Source: an uncultured Verrucomicrobiae bacterium (GTDB lineage Bacteria; Verrucomicrobiota; Verrucomicrobiia; Chthoniobacterales; UBA10450). Taken from it: a stretch of 64,000 nucleotides of DNA. The first letter of the stretch is position 1; every line of letters starts with the position of its first letter. Shown here piece by piece: positions 44,552 through 54,851 of the stretch. The notes under the pieces are model-generated. The model worked only from the letters and a program-made list of their open reading frames with translations. It was not told the DNA's origin and made no database searches. Position numbers and translations under genes: made by a program. The stretch is from positions 160,001-224,000 of the forward strand of contig CAWIBO010000002.1 of the NCBI GenBank assembly GCA_963834385.1, read 5' to 3'.

Positions 44552-45327
44552 AACCGGGAATGTTCCGCGCGGAATTCGTCACCTCGCACCCTGGCCGCCA
44601 GGCGCTGCCAGGTCGAATAAATGAAGTTCACTCCCGCACGGGTCCGGCGAAGCTCGATCCAGGCGCCGGCATCGCGCGCCTGGGCGGACGCGGCCAGTTT
44701 TGTCGCCACTTCGGCCAGGCGGTTTTCCAAAAACTCGCAAGCGGCCGCGGGGGCGGGCGGGGTTGGCCACGAGACGGGCGCGCCGAACGCGACCAGCGCC
44801 TCCGGCAGGCGTTCTTCCCAGAAAGTGTATTCCACCGCCAGGGGGATGAAGGCGAGACCGGGAAAACGCCGGGCCACGTGACCGATGCCGGCGGCGAAGC
44901 CGAGCGGGCGCTGGCGAACATCGGCGAAGCGCCCCTGGGGCGTCAGCCAAAGGAGAGATGCAGGCTGGGACAGAAGGTGATCCGCCTGCGCGAGGAAATT
45001 GCGCCCGCCGCGCAGGCTCCCCTGCCGCAGGGGGAACAGACCAAGATGGCGCAGGAAAGGATAGCGGCGAAGCGACTCGGCCTCGATCGGGGCGTAGGAA
45101 TGATGCCCGGCGAACAGTTTTCCCGAGAGAAAAAGGCAGAGCAGCGGGTCCCACCACGAAGCGTGGTTCAGGTAGATGACGGCAGACTGGTCCGGCGCGA
45201 GGCTGGGCGGGCGTGCTTCGCCCAACAACCGGACTGCGTGAAACCGACGCGCCAGGTAGGAGCGGTTGTAGAGATGAAAAAGGCGCAGAAACCCAGGAGA
45301 AATCGCGGCTTTCTCTTCCGGAATCAT
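44548..45327 (-). CDS. PlsC-like acyltransferase (putative carotenoid glycoside acyltransferase)
   Basis: NHASWWD motif, TPQG, EYTFWEERLPE. Confidence 0.8.
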   Translation of the reverse strand: MIPEEKAAISPGFLRLFHLYNRSYLARRFHAVRLLGEARPPSLAPDQSAVIYLNHASWWDPLLCLFLSGKLFAGHHSYAPIEAESLRRYPFLRHLGLFPLRQGSLRGGRNFLAQADHLLSQPASLLWLTPQGRFADVRQRPLGFAAGIGHVARRFPGLAFIPLAVEYTFWEERLPEALVAFGAPVSWPTPPAPAAACEFLENRLAEVATKLAASAQARDAGAWIELRRTRAGVNFIYSTWQRLAARVRGDEFRAEHSRL

Positions 45328-45330
45328 GGA

Positions 45331-46860
45331 TCAGCCTGCCGCGCCCACCGCCTCGGTGGCACCGGAACGCCGGGCTGCGTCCTGGTCAAGCGCGTCGGCG
45401 GCGATCCATCCCGACATCAGCACCATCGGCATGCCCGGGCCGGGGTGCGCGGCCCCGCCCGCCAGGTAAAGGCCCGCGACATCCCGGCTGCGATTCGAAG
45501 GCTTGAAGGCGCCCAGAAGACGGCCGTGACTGGCCAGGCCGTAGATGGCCCCCTGCAGAACCTGGTAACGATCATGAATGTCCTGCGGCGTGAGCGCCGC
45601 CTCGCTGACAATGCTGCCGGGGTCGAAACCGGCGGTGCGCTTCAGTTTCTCGAGGATGACCTTGCGATAATCGGGCAGCATCTTTCGCCAATCCTGCCCC
45701 GGACGGAGGAAGGGTGTGTGCACCAGGACGTAAAGAGCCTCGCCGCCGGCGGGGGCGACGCTCGGGTCGGAGAGGGCCGGCGCGCAGACGTAGCAGGTCG
45801 GGTCCGGGGCGGGCTGGCCGCGCCGATAGATATGGCGAAATTCATCATGCGGATCGTCCGAGAAGATGAAGTTATGATGAAGAAACTGTTTCGGCCGCTC
45901 GGCCAGGCCAAGATAAAGCACCACGCCGGAGCAGGCCGGCTCGTAGCGGCGCCGGCGCTCAAAGGCCGGGACGCCGCCGAGCAACTCCCGGTGTGTCCGG
46001 ACCGCATCAGCATTGGAAACGATCGCGTCGAAGGCCAGATGCTGGCCTGAGGCGAGTTCCACGCCGGTGGCCTGCCGGTTGGTCACGGTGATGCGGCGCA
46101 CCTGTGCGCCTTTTTGAAACTCGACTCCCAGCTCCTGCGCGAGGAGGGCCAGGGCGCGCGGGACGGCCGCGGTGCCGCCGAGGGGATACCAGATTCCCTC
46201 GTCCGTCTGCATGTGCGCGATGCCGCAGAGGACTGCCGGCGAATTGTCGGGCGCCGACCCCACGTACTGGGTGAAATGATCGACCATCTGGGCCACGCGC
46301 CGGTCGGGGATGAATTTGCGCACCGTGCTCCCGACCGACCGTCCCATGCGCATGGCCAGCACGTCGGAGAGCGTGGCCGGTTGCATCATTTCCGTCGCAT
46401 TAAACATGTCGCGCAGGCCGCCCACCGGCCGGTAGAAGAACCAGTTCCGCGAGATGCGATGCAGTCTTTCGGAAAGCTCGAGAAAGCGGCCATAACCCTC
46501 CGCGGTCTTCGCGCCGCTGAAATTTTCCAGGGTCGCGCGCATCTCCTGGATGTTCTCCGTCAGGTCCAGGGTGGTGCCGTCGGTGAAAAAGGAACGCCAC
46601 TGCGGATCGAGGCGCACCATCGGAATCCGTTCCTCGAGGCTGGCGTTGGCCTCCGCGAAAATGCGTTTCAACACCGAGGGCACCGTCAGGATGGTCGGGC
46701 CCATGTCGAAACGAAAACCGTCCTGCTCCAGCACGGCCGCCTTGCCGCCCAGCCAGTCGTTTTTCTCAAAAAGAGTGACCTCGTGGCCACGGGCGGCCAG
46801 GGTGACGGCGGCGGCGAGGCCGCCAAGTCCACCGCCAATGATTCCAACGCGTTTGCTCAT
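45331..46860 (-). CDS. crtP: CrtI-family oxidase, CrtP/CrtNb-like
   Basis: IIGGGLGGL, FRFDMGPTIL, HFTQYVGS, LYLAGGAAHPGPGMPMVLMSG. Confidence 0.75.
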   Translation of the reverse strand: MSKRVGIIGGGLGGLAAAVTLAARGHEVTLFEKNDWLGGKAAVLEQDGFRFDMGPTILTVPSVLKRIFAEANASLEERIPMVRLDPQWRSFFTDGTTLDLTENIQEMRATLENFSGAKTAEGYGRFLELSERLHRISRNWFFYRPVGGLRDMFNATEMMQPATLSDVLAMRMGRSVGSTVRKFIPDRRVAQMVDHFTQYVGSAPDNSPAVLCGIAHMQTDEGIWYPLGGTAAVPRALALLAQELGVEFQKGAQVRRITVTNRQATGVELASGQHLAFDAIVSNADAVRTHRELLGGVPAFERRRRYEPACSGVVLYLGLAERPKQFLHHNFIFSDDPHDEFRHIYRRGQPAPDPTCYVCAPALSDPSVAPAGGEALYVLVHTPFLRPGQDWRKMLPDYRKVILEKLKRTAGFDPGSIVSEAALTPQDIHDRYQVLQGAIYGLASHGRLLGAFKPSNRSRDVAGLYLAGGAAHPGPGMPMVLMSGWIAADALDQDAARRSGATEAVGAAG

Positions 46861-48161
46861 CTTTTTTTCCTCCGTGCCATGGCTGCTGAGAATAGCCGGC
46901 ATAACCCCGAGATTCTCTGTTTAAACCCGCGGCCGTGCGCCAGGCCAAGGTAACCTGCAAAGAGATCCGCGTCTGCCGGGTGCGACTTCATCAGGTGCGG
47001 CCTTATCTTTGCGCGCCGGACTGAGACGGAATGCGGATAAGTCATTTCCAGGAGACCTTCGCGACCGCGGGTCACGCCAAACCCGCTTGAGCGCACGCCC
47101 CCAAAGGGAAAACGGGGATCGGCCGTGGGCACAATAATGTCGTTGATGGTGACGAACCCGGTTGCGAGGTCGGCCGCGAGTTTTGCGGCCGTATTCTCGT
47201 CCCGGGAGAAAATGGTGGCCCCGAGACCCGCTTCCGCGTCGCCCATGAGGAGAAGCGCGTCCTGGTCATTGGCCACGGCCACGATTTCGCTCGTGCTCAG
47301 GCCCCGCGCAGCGAAGCGGGCATGCAGTTCGCGCACGAGGGTGGCGTCGACATAGATGATGTGCGGGAGCATGCAGGTCTCGCCGCCGTTGAGGTCACGG
47401 GCGAATGCAATCGTGCGCACGACGAGGTCGAGATCCGCGTCGCCCCGAACGTAAACGGGATCCTGGCCGGAAAGTTCCATGATGGCGGGGATGTTCCGCG
47501 GCGCGAGGTGCGCGAGAAAATCGCGGCCGTTCGCGGACGACCCGGTGAAGACCACCTTGTCCACCCCGCAGTTTGCCGCCTCGCGCGCGGCCTCGGGACT
47601 TTCCGGGAGCAAAAGCATCAGGTTCGGATCCAGTCCGGCCGCCCGAAAAATTTCCTCGCGAAAGAACCGCAGGGGCGCGCTGCTCTGCTCCGCCGGTTTA
47701 AGCAGGACGGCGTTTCCGGCGACCAGCGCCTGCAAGGCCTGGATGGCCGGCAGGAAGAGCGGATAATTGCCGGGGCCGACGATGAGGACCACGCCCCACG
47801 GTTTGCGCTCGATGGCGAGGCGGGCACCGAGAAGCCAAAGCGGACGGCCCCGGACACCGTGCCGCCGGGGACGCAGGATGCGCGCGGCATTCTTTTCCAG
47901 GAAACGGCAGCCGTCGGCCAGGGGAACGACTTCCGAGACGAGTTTCTCCGCCGGGGTGCGCCGGCAGAGTTCCGCGGTCACCTCGGCCAACGCCGGGGCG
48001 TGCCGGGCGATGGTGCTGCGAAGCGAACCGATCAGGCTTGCCCGCTCCCGCACGGGCCGCCGGGCCCACGTTTTTTGAGCCTGACGGGCCGCGACGAATT
48101 TTTGCGCCACTTCCGGCCGGAGCGCCGGGATCTGGCGGGTGAAATTTTCCAGCGCAATCAT
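46857..48161 (-). CDS. Aldehyde dehydrogenase (AldH/CrtNc-like, carotenoid aldehyde oxidation)
   Basis: PGNYPL, LKPAE, FTGS, MELSG, GETC, PFGGVRSSGFG; lies between two desaturases. Confidence 0.85.
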   Translation of the reverse strand: MIALENFTRQIPALRPEVAQKFVAARQAQKTWARRPVRERASLIGSLRSTIARHAPALAEVTAELCRRTPAEKLVSEVVPLADGCRFLEKNAARILRPRRHGVRGRPLWLLGARLAIERKPWGVVLIVGPGNYPLFLPAIQALQALVAGNAVLLKPAEQSSAPLRFFREEIFRAAGLDPNLMLLLPESPEAAREAANCGVDKVVFTGSSANGRDFLAHLAPRNIPAIMELSGQDPVYVRGDADLDLVVRTIAFARDLNGGETCMLPHIIYVDATLVRELHARFAARGLSTSEIVAVANDQDALLLMGDAEAGLGATIFSRDENTAAKLAADLATGFVTINDIIVPTADPRFPFGGVRSSGFGVTRGREGLLEMTYPHSVSVRRAKIRPHLMKSHPADADLFAGYLGLAHGRGFKQRISGLCRLFSAAMARRKKR

Positions 48162-49718
48162 GCCGCCACCATTTCTTCGGGGGGAGATGTCGTCTCACGG
48201 ACGGCGGGCGCGCCGAGGTCCTCGCCGATGAGACGCGAAGTGATCCGGGCGGATTCGAAAATGACCGGCAGACCACTGCCCGGGTGCGTTCCGCCGCCGA
48301 CGAGATAGACGCCGGGGAGGTCCTCGAACCGGTTGCGCGGCCGCAGATGCAGGAGCTGGTCGAGGCTGTGCGAAAGGTTGAAGGTCGCGCCGAGATGAAT
48401 CTGGTGCTGGCGATCCCAATCGGCCGGCGTGACCACGCGCTCGAACTCGATGCGGCGTTCGACCTCGTGAAACCCCGCCTTGGCGATCTGCTCGAGAGCC
48501 AGCTGCCGGTAGCGGTCGCGCTCCCTGCTCCAGTCGATGTTGGCGTGCTGGTGCGAGACGGGAAGCAGCACGTAGAGCGTGCTTTTGCCCGAAGGAGCGA
48601 GGGTCGCGTCGCTCACCCCGGCATTCTGCACGTAAAAGGAGGGATCAACCGAGAGAACGTGCTGTCGTTCAATCTCGTCGAGGTTTTCCTCGTAACCCTC
48701 CGAGACGAAAATGTTGTGGTGGGGGAGGTCGTAACGCCCATCGATGCCGAGGTAGAGCATGAAGGTGGAACAACTGAATTTTTTGCGCGCCAGGCGCCGG
48801 TCGCTCCAGCGCCGGCGATACCGGTCGGGCAAAAGACGCTGCATGGCCCGGGCGAAGTCGGCGTTGATGACAATGGCGTCGGCCTTGTATTCCCCCCGGC
48901 TGGTGCGCACGCCGGTGGCCCGGCCCTGCTGCACCAGGACTTCCTCGACCGGTTCGTCGAGGCAGATCTCCACACCGAGCTTGCGCGCCACCCGCGCCAG
49001 GGCCCGGGTAATTTCGCCGCAGCCGCCCACGGGATGAAACACGCCGTACTCGGTACTCGAGGAAGGAAAGAATCGAGAAAAGGCTGGGGCAGCGGAAGGG
49101 CGACATGCCGAGATATTTTGACTGGAAGGAAAAGGCGAGGCGCATGCGCGGGTCAGAGAAGAAGCGCCGCAGATCCTCGTCCATCGACTGGTGGGGGCGC
49201 AGGTAGGGAAGAAGCTTGAGCAGCTGAGGATTAAAGAGATTGCGCCAGCCGGAGAAGGCGGATTCGAGGGCGGGCTGCATCAAGCGCAGCTTGCGGCGAT
49301 TGTCGGCCAGGTAGCGTTCGAAACCGTCCGCATCCTGCGGCGCGATCTTCCGGATTTGTTCCTTCATCCGCGCCACGTCGGGGGTGCAATCGAGGGTGGC
49401 GCTATCGCCGAAAATGATGCGGTACTGCGGGTCGAGCCGGATCAGTTCGAGTTCGTCCTTCAGGGAAGTGCCGGCGGCCTGGAAGATTTCGTCCAGCACG
49501 CGCGGGTAGAGGAAGAAGGTGGGACCGACATCGAAGCGGAAACCGTCGGCCTCGATTGAGGAGGTTCGCCCGCCGAGGAGAGGGAGGCGTTCGAGGACGC
49601 GGACGTGATAACCCGCAGTTGCCAGAAGAACAGCCGAGGCAAGCCCCCCAGGGCCCGCGCCCACAATGATGATTTCTGGGGTGTGGGCGCGCGCGGCCTT
49701 TTTGGAGCGTAGCTGCAT
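48158..49718 (-). CDS. crtN: CrtI-family desaturase, CrtN-like; frameshift near 49052
   Basis: IVGAGPGGL, FDVGPTFF, FQSKYLGMSP..CPSLF, SCSTFMLYLG, VGGGTHPGSGLPVIFES. Confidence 0.82.
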
Positions 49719-49828
49719 GACTCCTTGGCTATTCGTGCCACTCCAGCCCACGGATTCACAGCAAATAAGCGGAGAAACCGTGGCGCCCGGTTTGCGCGGG
49801 GGGAAAGCTGGGTATCGTGCGCGTTAAC

Positions 49829-50605
49829 ATGACCGAGCAAGTTCTGGCGGGAAAAACCGGCGTCGTCTTTGGCGTCGCGAACAAACGGAGCATCGCGTGG
49901 GCTATCGCGAAGGCATGGGCAGCGGCCGGGGCGCGGCTGATTTTCAATTATCAGGGAGAGCGCCTGAAGGAAAACGTGGCGGAACTCGTGGGAGAGTTCG
50001 GCGAGGGCACACCGCTTTATCCGTGCGACGTCTCCAGCGACGAGGAAATCGAGAAGTTCTTCGGGAAAGTGAAGGGCGAGACCGACCGGCTCGATCTCCT
50101 TCTGCATTCGGTGGCTTTCGCGCCCAAGGAGGCGCTCGAGGGCGATTTCTTGGGCACGACCCGCGAAGCTTTTCGAACCGCGCACGATATCAGCGCGTAT
50201 TCGCTCGTCGCCCTGACCCGCGCGGCCGCTCCCATGATGACGGAGGGCGGGAGTGTGGTGGCGATGAGCTACTACGGGGCGGAAAAGGTGGTGCCCCACT
50301 ACAACGTCATGGGCGTGGCCAAGGCGAGCCTGGAAGCCAGCACCCGTTACCTGGCCTACGATCTCGGACCGAAAAAAATCCGGGTCAATTGCATCTCCGC
50401 CGGTCCCGTAAACACCCTCGCGGCCCGCGGCATCAGCGGATTCTCGCAAATGCTGAAGCATTACCAGGAACGGGCCCCGCTCAAGAGGAGCTGTGAGCCG
50501 TCCGAACTCGGCGCGACTGGCGTCTTTCTGGCCGGCCCGGGCGGGGCGGCCATCACCGGCCAGGTCATTTACGTGGACGGCGGTTACCAGATCATGGGGA
50601 TGTAA
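49829..50605 (+). CDS. fabI: Enoyl-ACP reductase FabI
   Basis: GVANKRSIAW, ISAYSL, YNVMGVAKASLE, ISAGPVNTLAA. Confidence 0.95.
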   Translation: MTEQVLAGKTGVVFGVANKRSIAWAIAKAWAAAGARLIFNYQGERLKENVAELVGEFGEGTPLYPCDVSSDEEIEKFFGKVKGETDRLDLLLHSVAFAPKEALEGDFLGTTREAFRTAHDISAYSLVALTRAAAPMMTEGGSVVAMSYYGAEKVVPHYNVMGVAKASLEASTRYLAYDLGPKKIRVNCISAGPVNTLAARGISGFSQMLKHYQERAPLKRSCEPSELGATGVFLAGPGGAAITGQVIYVDGGYQIMGM

Positions 50606-50626
50606 GCGGAATTTCGAATTGCCATT

Positions 50627-52006
50627 TTGGATTTGCGATTGAAGCAGCAGTTGGTTGAGCTGCTCGGTGAAAATGTCGTCGCCGCTGATTCGGAGACACT
50701 CACTGCGCACTCGGGCGACAAATGGTTTGCGAGCCACCCGCCGGATGTTGTCGTCTTTGCCGAATCCACAGAGCAGGTGAGCGCGCTGCTGCGGTTTGCC
50801 GCGGAAAGAAAGGTTCCGGTCACGGCCCGCGGGGCCGGCTACGGTTATGTGGGCGGGTGCGTGCCCGAAAAGGGGGGCATTGCCCTGTCGCTCGCCCGGA
50901 TGAACCGGATCAGGGAGATCAGTTTTGATGACGCCGTGGCGGTGGTGGAACCGGGCGTGATTACGGCGGAGCTGAAACGGCAGGCGCGCGCACAAAAACT
51001 TTTTTATCCGCCCGACCCGGCCAGCCTGGAGCATTGCACCCTTGGCGGAAACGTGGCCACGAACGCGGGCGGGCCGCGCTGCCTGAAATACGGGGTGACG
51101 CGCAACTACGTGCTCGGGCTCGAGGTGGTCCTGGCTGGGGGCGCCGTTCTCCGCGTGGGCGGCCGGGTGCATAAAAACAAGACCGGGTTCGACCTGATCG
51201 GCCTGTTTGTCGGCGCCGAAGGAATGCTCGGGATTGTGACCGAGATCACCCTCCGGCTTCTCCCGCTCCCCCCGGCGCGCGCCACCCTTTCCGCCGCTTT
51301 TGCCACCATGGCCGAGGCAGCCGCGGCGGTGCAGGCCATCTTTGCCGCGGGATTTCTTCCTTCTTCATTGGAGATTGCCGACCAGTTCACCCTGGAATCG
51401 GCGCGGCGCGACCGCGCGGAAGGGTCGGTGCCGCCCGGTAACGCCCATCTCCTCGTGGAACTGGATGGGCAACCCGCCTCCGTCACGGCGGAGTTGCAGG
51501 CCCTCAGGGAGCTGCTGGAGCAACGGGTTCCCACCGCGCTCGAGGTGGCGGCGGATGAGGCGGCTTCGGAACATCTCTGGGCGCTGCGCCGCGATTTCAG
51601 CAATTCCCTGCGCGCCACCGGTCTGACAAAACTGAACCAGGACGTTGTTGTCCCGCGCAGCCGGCTGGTCGACCTGGTGGAGTTCGCGGCCGAGCTGCAG
51701 GCGCGGCACGGTTTTCCAGTCGCGTGCTTTGGTCATGCGGGTGATGGGAACATCCACGTCAACATCATGGCCGAGGGTTACAACCGGGAGGCTGCGGTGC
51801 GGGAGCGCGTGGAAGCCGCGCTTGACGACCTTTTTGCGCAGGTGCTCGCCTGGGGAGGTGTCATCACCGGCGAACATGGCGTCGGCCTCGCCAAGAAACG
51901 CTGGTGGCCCGATGCGACCAGCGAGGTCGCGCGTGATCTGCACCGCCGGCTGAAGCAGGCGCTCGATCCGCACGGGATCCTGAATCCCGGAAAATTCGTC
52001 GATTAG
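50627..52006 (+). CDS. FAD-linked oxidase (GlcD/D-lactate dehydrogenase family)
   Basis: YPPDPAS, GGNVATNAGG, GAEGMLG, GHAGDGNIH, TGEHGVG, LNPGK. Confidence 0.9.
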   Translation: MDLRLKQQLVELLGENVVAADSETLTAHSGDKWFASHPPDVVVFAESTEQVSALLRFAAERKVPVTARGAGYGYVGGCVPEKGGIALSLARMNRIREISFDDAVAVVEPGVITAELKRQARAQKLFYPPDPASLEHCTLGGNVATNAGGPRCLKYGVTRNYVLGLEVVLAGGAVLRVGGRVHKNKTGFDLIGLFVGAEGMLGIVTEITLRLLPLPPARATLSAAFATMAEAAAAVQAIFAAGFLPSSLEIADQFTLESARRDRAEGSVPPGNAHLLVELDGQPASVTAELQALRELLEQRVPTALEVAADEAASEHLWALRRDFSNSLRATGLTKLNQDVVVPRSRLVDLVEFAAELQARHGFPVACFGHAGDGNIHVNIMAEGYNREAAVRERVEAALDDLFAQVLAWGGVITGEHGVGLAKKRWWPDATSEVARDLHRRLKQALDPHGILNPGKFVD

Positions 52007-52908
52007 TTCCGGGTCAGGTCGAAGCGGGCGCGGATGGCGCGGTGGTCGCTCGCGTCCTTGGCCGTTTCCACCATGGCGGCCTCGCGCAGGGAGGCATTTT
52101 TATAGAGGATGTGATCGAAGCAGGCGGCTGGAAACCGGCGATCCGCGGCAATGGTCTGACGCTGGGCAAACGGGACATTGCGCCAGGCCCAGGCAAAGCC
52201 GGCCGCGAAAAGGCGCGGCATGGTCTGTTCATTTCGGAAACGGGGATCGTCCAACGAGGTGTTGAAATCGCCGCCCACGATCCAGCTCAGGCGCCCAAGT
52301 TTTTCGTAGGCTGTCGCCATCGCCTTCATGTGCGCGACCAGTTGCCGGGCCGATTCCTCGCGCAGCCGGACATTTTCGCTGTGCTCGCCGCCGTTGCTCT
52401 TCAGATGAACAACATAAACCATCAGCAGGTGTTTGGGTGCGATCTGGTAGGCGGCGAAGGCGAACCCGCGCGGCGGCGCCAGGGGCCCCTCCGCCTGCCA
52501 GAGTTCCGACCAGGCGCTCACCGCGGGCAGGCGACTCGCCAGCACGACCTGCTGGGCCTCCGCCTGGTTCTCGCGCGGGGGGAAATTGGAAATGACGTCG
52601 ACCTTGAACCCGGGCAGTGGCTTGAGGGCAAGCTCCGCGGCCTGCCAGTCGCGCACTTCTTCGAGGCCAATGACGTCCGCCTTAAGCCGGGTGATTTCGG
52701 CGTGCACAAGCTCGGTCTGCCGGGCCTCCTCGGGAGCAGAAGCATCGGGACGCCCACCGGGAAACCATTGGATGTTCCAGAATGCCACTCCCACGTCCGC
52801 TGCGGTGACAGGCGCCTCCGCCAGCCGGGCTGGTTCCTCCGCGCGGGCGGAAAACGAAATGAGGAGGCCGAGGAAAAGGGCGGGCAGACTCCGGCAGAGG
52901 CGATGCAT
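52003..52908 (-). CDS. Secreted endonuclease/exonuclease/phosphatase-family protein
   Basis: Signal peptide; WNI, LEEV, HLKS, GDFN, FDHI, SDH. Confidence 0.88.
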   Translation of the reverse strand: MHRLCRSLPALFLGLLISFSARAEEPARLAEAPVTAADVGVAFWNIQWFPGGRPDASAPEEARQTELVHAEITRLKADVIGLEEVRDWQAAELALKPLPGFKVDVISNFPPRENQAEAQQVVLASRLPAVSAWSELWQAEGPLAPPRGFAFAAYQIAPKHLLMVYVVHLKSNGGEHSENVRLREESARQLVAHMKAMATAYEKLGRLSWIVGGDFNTSLDDPRFRNEQTMPRLFAAGFAWAWRNVPFAQRQTIAADRRFPAACFDHILYKNASLREAAMVETAKDASDHRAIRARFDLTRN

Positions 52909-52952
52909 CCCGGGAATCAACCGCATCTGCGCGGTGGCGCGAGCGATTTCGG

Positions 52953-54521
52953 TCAGCCGCGGGTGACGATCCGCTCGAGTTGCGCCCGCACGGCACGTTC
53001 CGCCTCGGCTTCGCTTTCGTAGCCGGACGCGATCAGCTGCAGCATCTGCGTGCCGACATCGCGCTTGCCCCGGCGCACCGCCTCGAGGCGGCCGGCCGCG
53101 GTCCAGTTTTCATCGTTCACCGTCCCGGCGTCCGGCACCGAGCCGTCCCAGTAACAGTAATAGACGTGGAGGACCTCCGAGCCGTTCTCGAAGACATAAC
53201 TGCGAATCGGCAGCGGCGCGCCGTTCACCACGAAAAACTTGTGCCGCGCCTCGCCCATCAGGCGCATGCCACTGGCCGGGAGACAAATGTCCGGCCGATG
53301 GTTCTTCAGGAAGAGCCCGGCGGTCCGGCCCGGGAGCCATTTGAAAAAGAACATGGACCAGCGGGTGCCGTTGTCCGAAACCCAGGTGGCGCCGCCCCCT
53401 TCGTTGTAGCGGAGAAGTTCCTGGGCTTGCTCGGCGATGGGCACGTCGGCGTAACCGGTCTCTGCTTCAGGCCAGCGAACGCTCCAGGCAGGCAGGCGCG
53501 ATTCGCCCGCTTCGTGCATGCCGTACCAGATTTGTGTGGTTGCCTCCGCTGCCAGGGCGCCTCCGACCAGGCCCACCAGAAGGAAGCGTGAAATTTTGTG
53601 CCCGGTGGCCCGGGAAGGGGCGGCCGCCGTTTCCTCGCGGACCCCGCGTTGCATCCAGATGCTGATCAGCCAGAGACCGAAAAGGCAGATGATCAGGATG
53701 GTAAACCCGGCCGGGTCATGCCATTTGCCGATGGCGTCGAAGCCACGCTCCGATCCGACGTAGACCAGGAAAAAGGTGCGCCCAAGATTGCAGACAAAGG
53801 CGAGCGCGGCGCCGGCCGCGATGAGCAGAAGCCGTTTCGAGGTCGAGAAAGAGTAGAGCTCGCCGAGGAAAAGGGAGATCATCAGAGTGGCCTGGAGTGA
53901 TCGAACCCCGGTGCAGGCCTCGTTGATCCCGACCACGCCGGAGCCCACTTCGATCAGATTGCCGAGCTGGACCGCGGGGATGCCAATGGCGTTGAGAACC
54001 TCGACGTTGATCGAGGCCACCACGCGCATCAGACCCTGGATCACCATTTGCTCGAACTGCGTGGGCCAGGGCACCGCCACGAGGAAAAAGAGGATGGGAA
54101 AGGCAAAATGCCGGCACCAACGAAGGCCCCCGGCGAGGTTGACCACGGCGAAAGTGATGCAGACCGCGCCCAGGCTCATGGCCCAGCTCAGAAGACGCCA
54201 GTCCGGGTTGGCCTCCTGCACGAGCCGGATCGGAATAAAGGCGAGGACGGCGAGGAGGGCGAAGACCAGGCCGAGGCCGGGCCAGAGAGGCCGGCTGGGA
54301 GCGGGCAGCGTTTCGCGCCGGCGCCAGGCGGAATAAAGGCAGAGAAACGGAACGGCCCAGCCGTAACTGTATTGCGGGTTGATCGACCACTCGAGTTGCA
54401 GCCGCGAAACAACCTGGGCCCAGACCAGGCCCAGCGCGACCAGCGGCACCCAGCTCAGGCCGACGGCAGGTTCGGCCTTGATCGCATCAGCCGTTCGATC
54501 GGGGAGGGTGAGGGCGTTCAC
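52953..54521 (-). CDS. Exosortase with C-terminal EpsI-like periplasmic domain
   Basis: Multi-TM; EACTGVRS (catalytic Cys), NLGR, WHD; C-terminal HRPDICL..SG. Confidence 0.85.
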   Translation of the reverse strand: MNALTLPDRTADAIKAEPAVGLSWVPLVALGLVWAQVVSRLQLEWSINPQYSYGWAVPFLCLYSAWRRRETLPAPSRPLWPGLGLVFALLAVLAFIPIRLVQEANPDWRLLSWAMSLGAVCITFAVVNLAGGLRWCRHFAFPILFFLVAVPWPTQFEQMVIQGLMRVVASINVEVLNAIGIPAVQLGNLIEVGSGVVGINEACTGVRSLQATLMISLFLGELYSFSTSKRLLLIAAGAALAFVCNLGRTFFLVYVGSERGFDAIGKWHDPAGFTILIICLFGLWLISIWMQRGVREETAAAPSRATGHKISRFLLVGLVGGALAAEATTQIWYGMHEAGESRLPAWSVRWPEAETGYADVPIAEQAQELLRYNEGGGATWVSDNGTRWSMFFFKWLPGRTAGLFLKNHRPDICLPASGMRLMGEARHKFFVVNGAPLPIRSYVFENGSEVLHVYYCYWDGSVPDAGTVNDENWTAAGRLEAVRRGKRDVGTQMLQLIASGYESEAEAERAVRAQLERIVTRG

Positions 54522-54635
54522 AATGAGAGGGCTATTTTAGCAGGTCGCGAGCCGGGCTCATCCCGGGAAACGAATAAAATGCGGGAAAAACCGTCGAAAA
54601 AATCGCCGAAAACCGGGTGACAAACGCCCTATCAA

Positions 54636-54651
54636 TGGCATGTTTATGGCT
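54636..54651 (+). promoter_or_regulatory. Putative sigma-54 (-24/-12) promoter
   Basis: TGGCATGTTTATGGCT fits TGGCACG-N4-TTGCW with exact GG-N10-GC spacing, in an AT-richer intergenic region. Confidence 0.5.
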
Positions 54652-54851
54652 CCTCAGACAGTCGTAACTCAACCACTGCTTTCGACCTCGGTTTCTCCCT
54701 CGGAGACATGGCCTGGTCGGAATTTCCTGCGCCGCGCTGAGATCGTTACCCACTTTCCTATCAAGCATTTACCCACACCCATGAGTTCATATCCGATTCT
54801 TAAGATGAAGCCGGGATTTACCGCTCCGGCGGCCTGTCCCGCTGACGCCCG

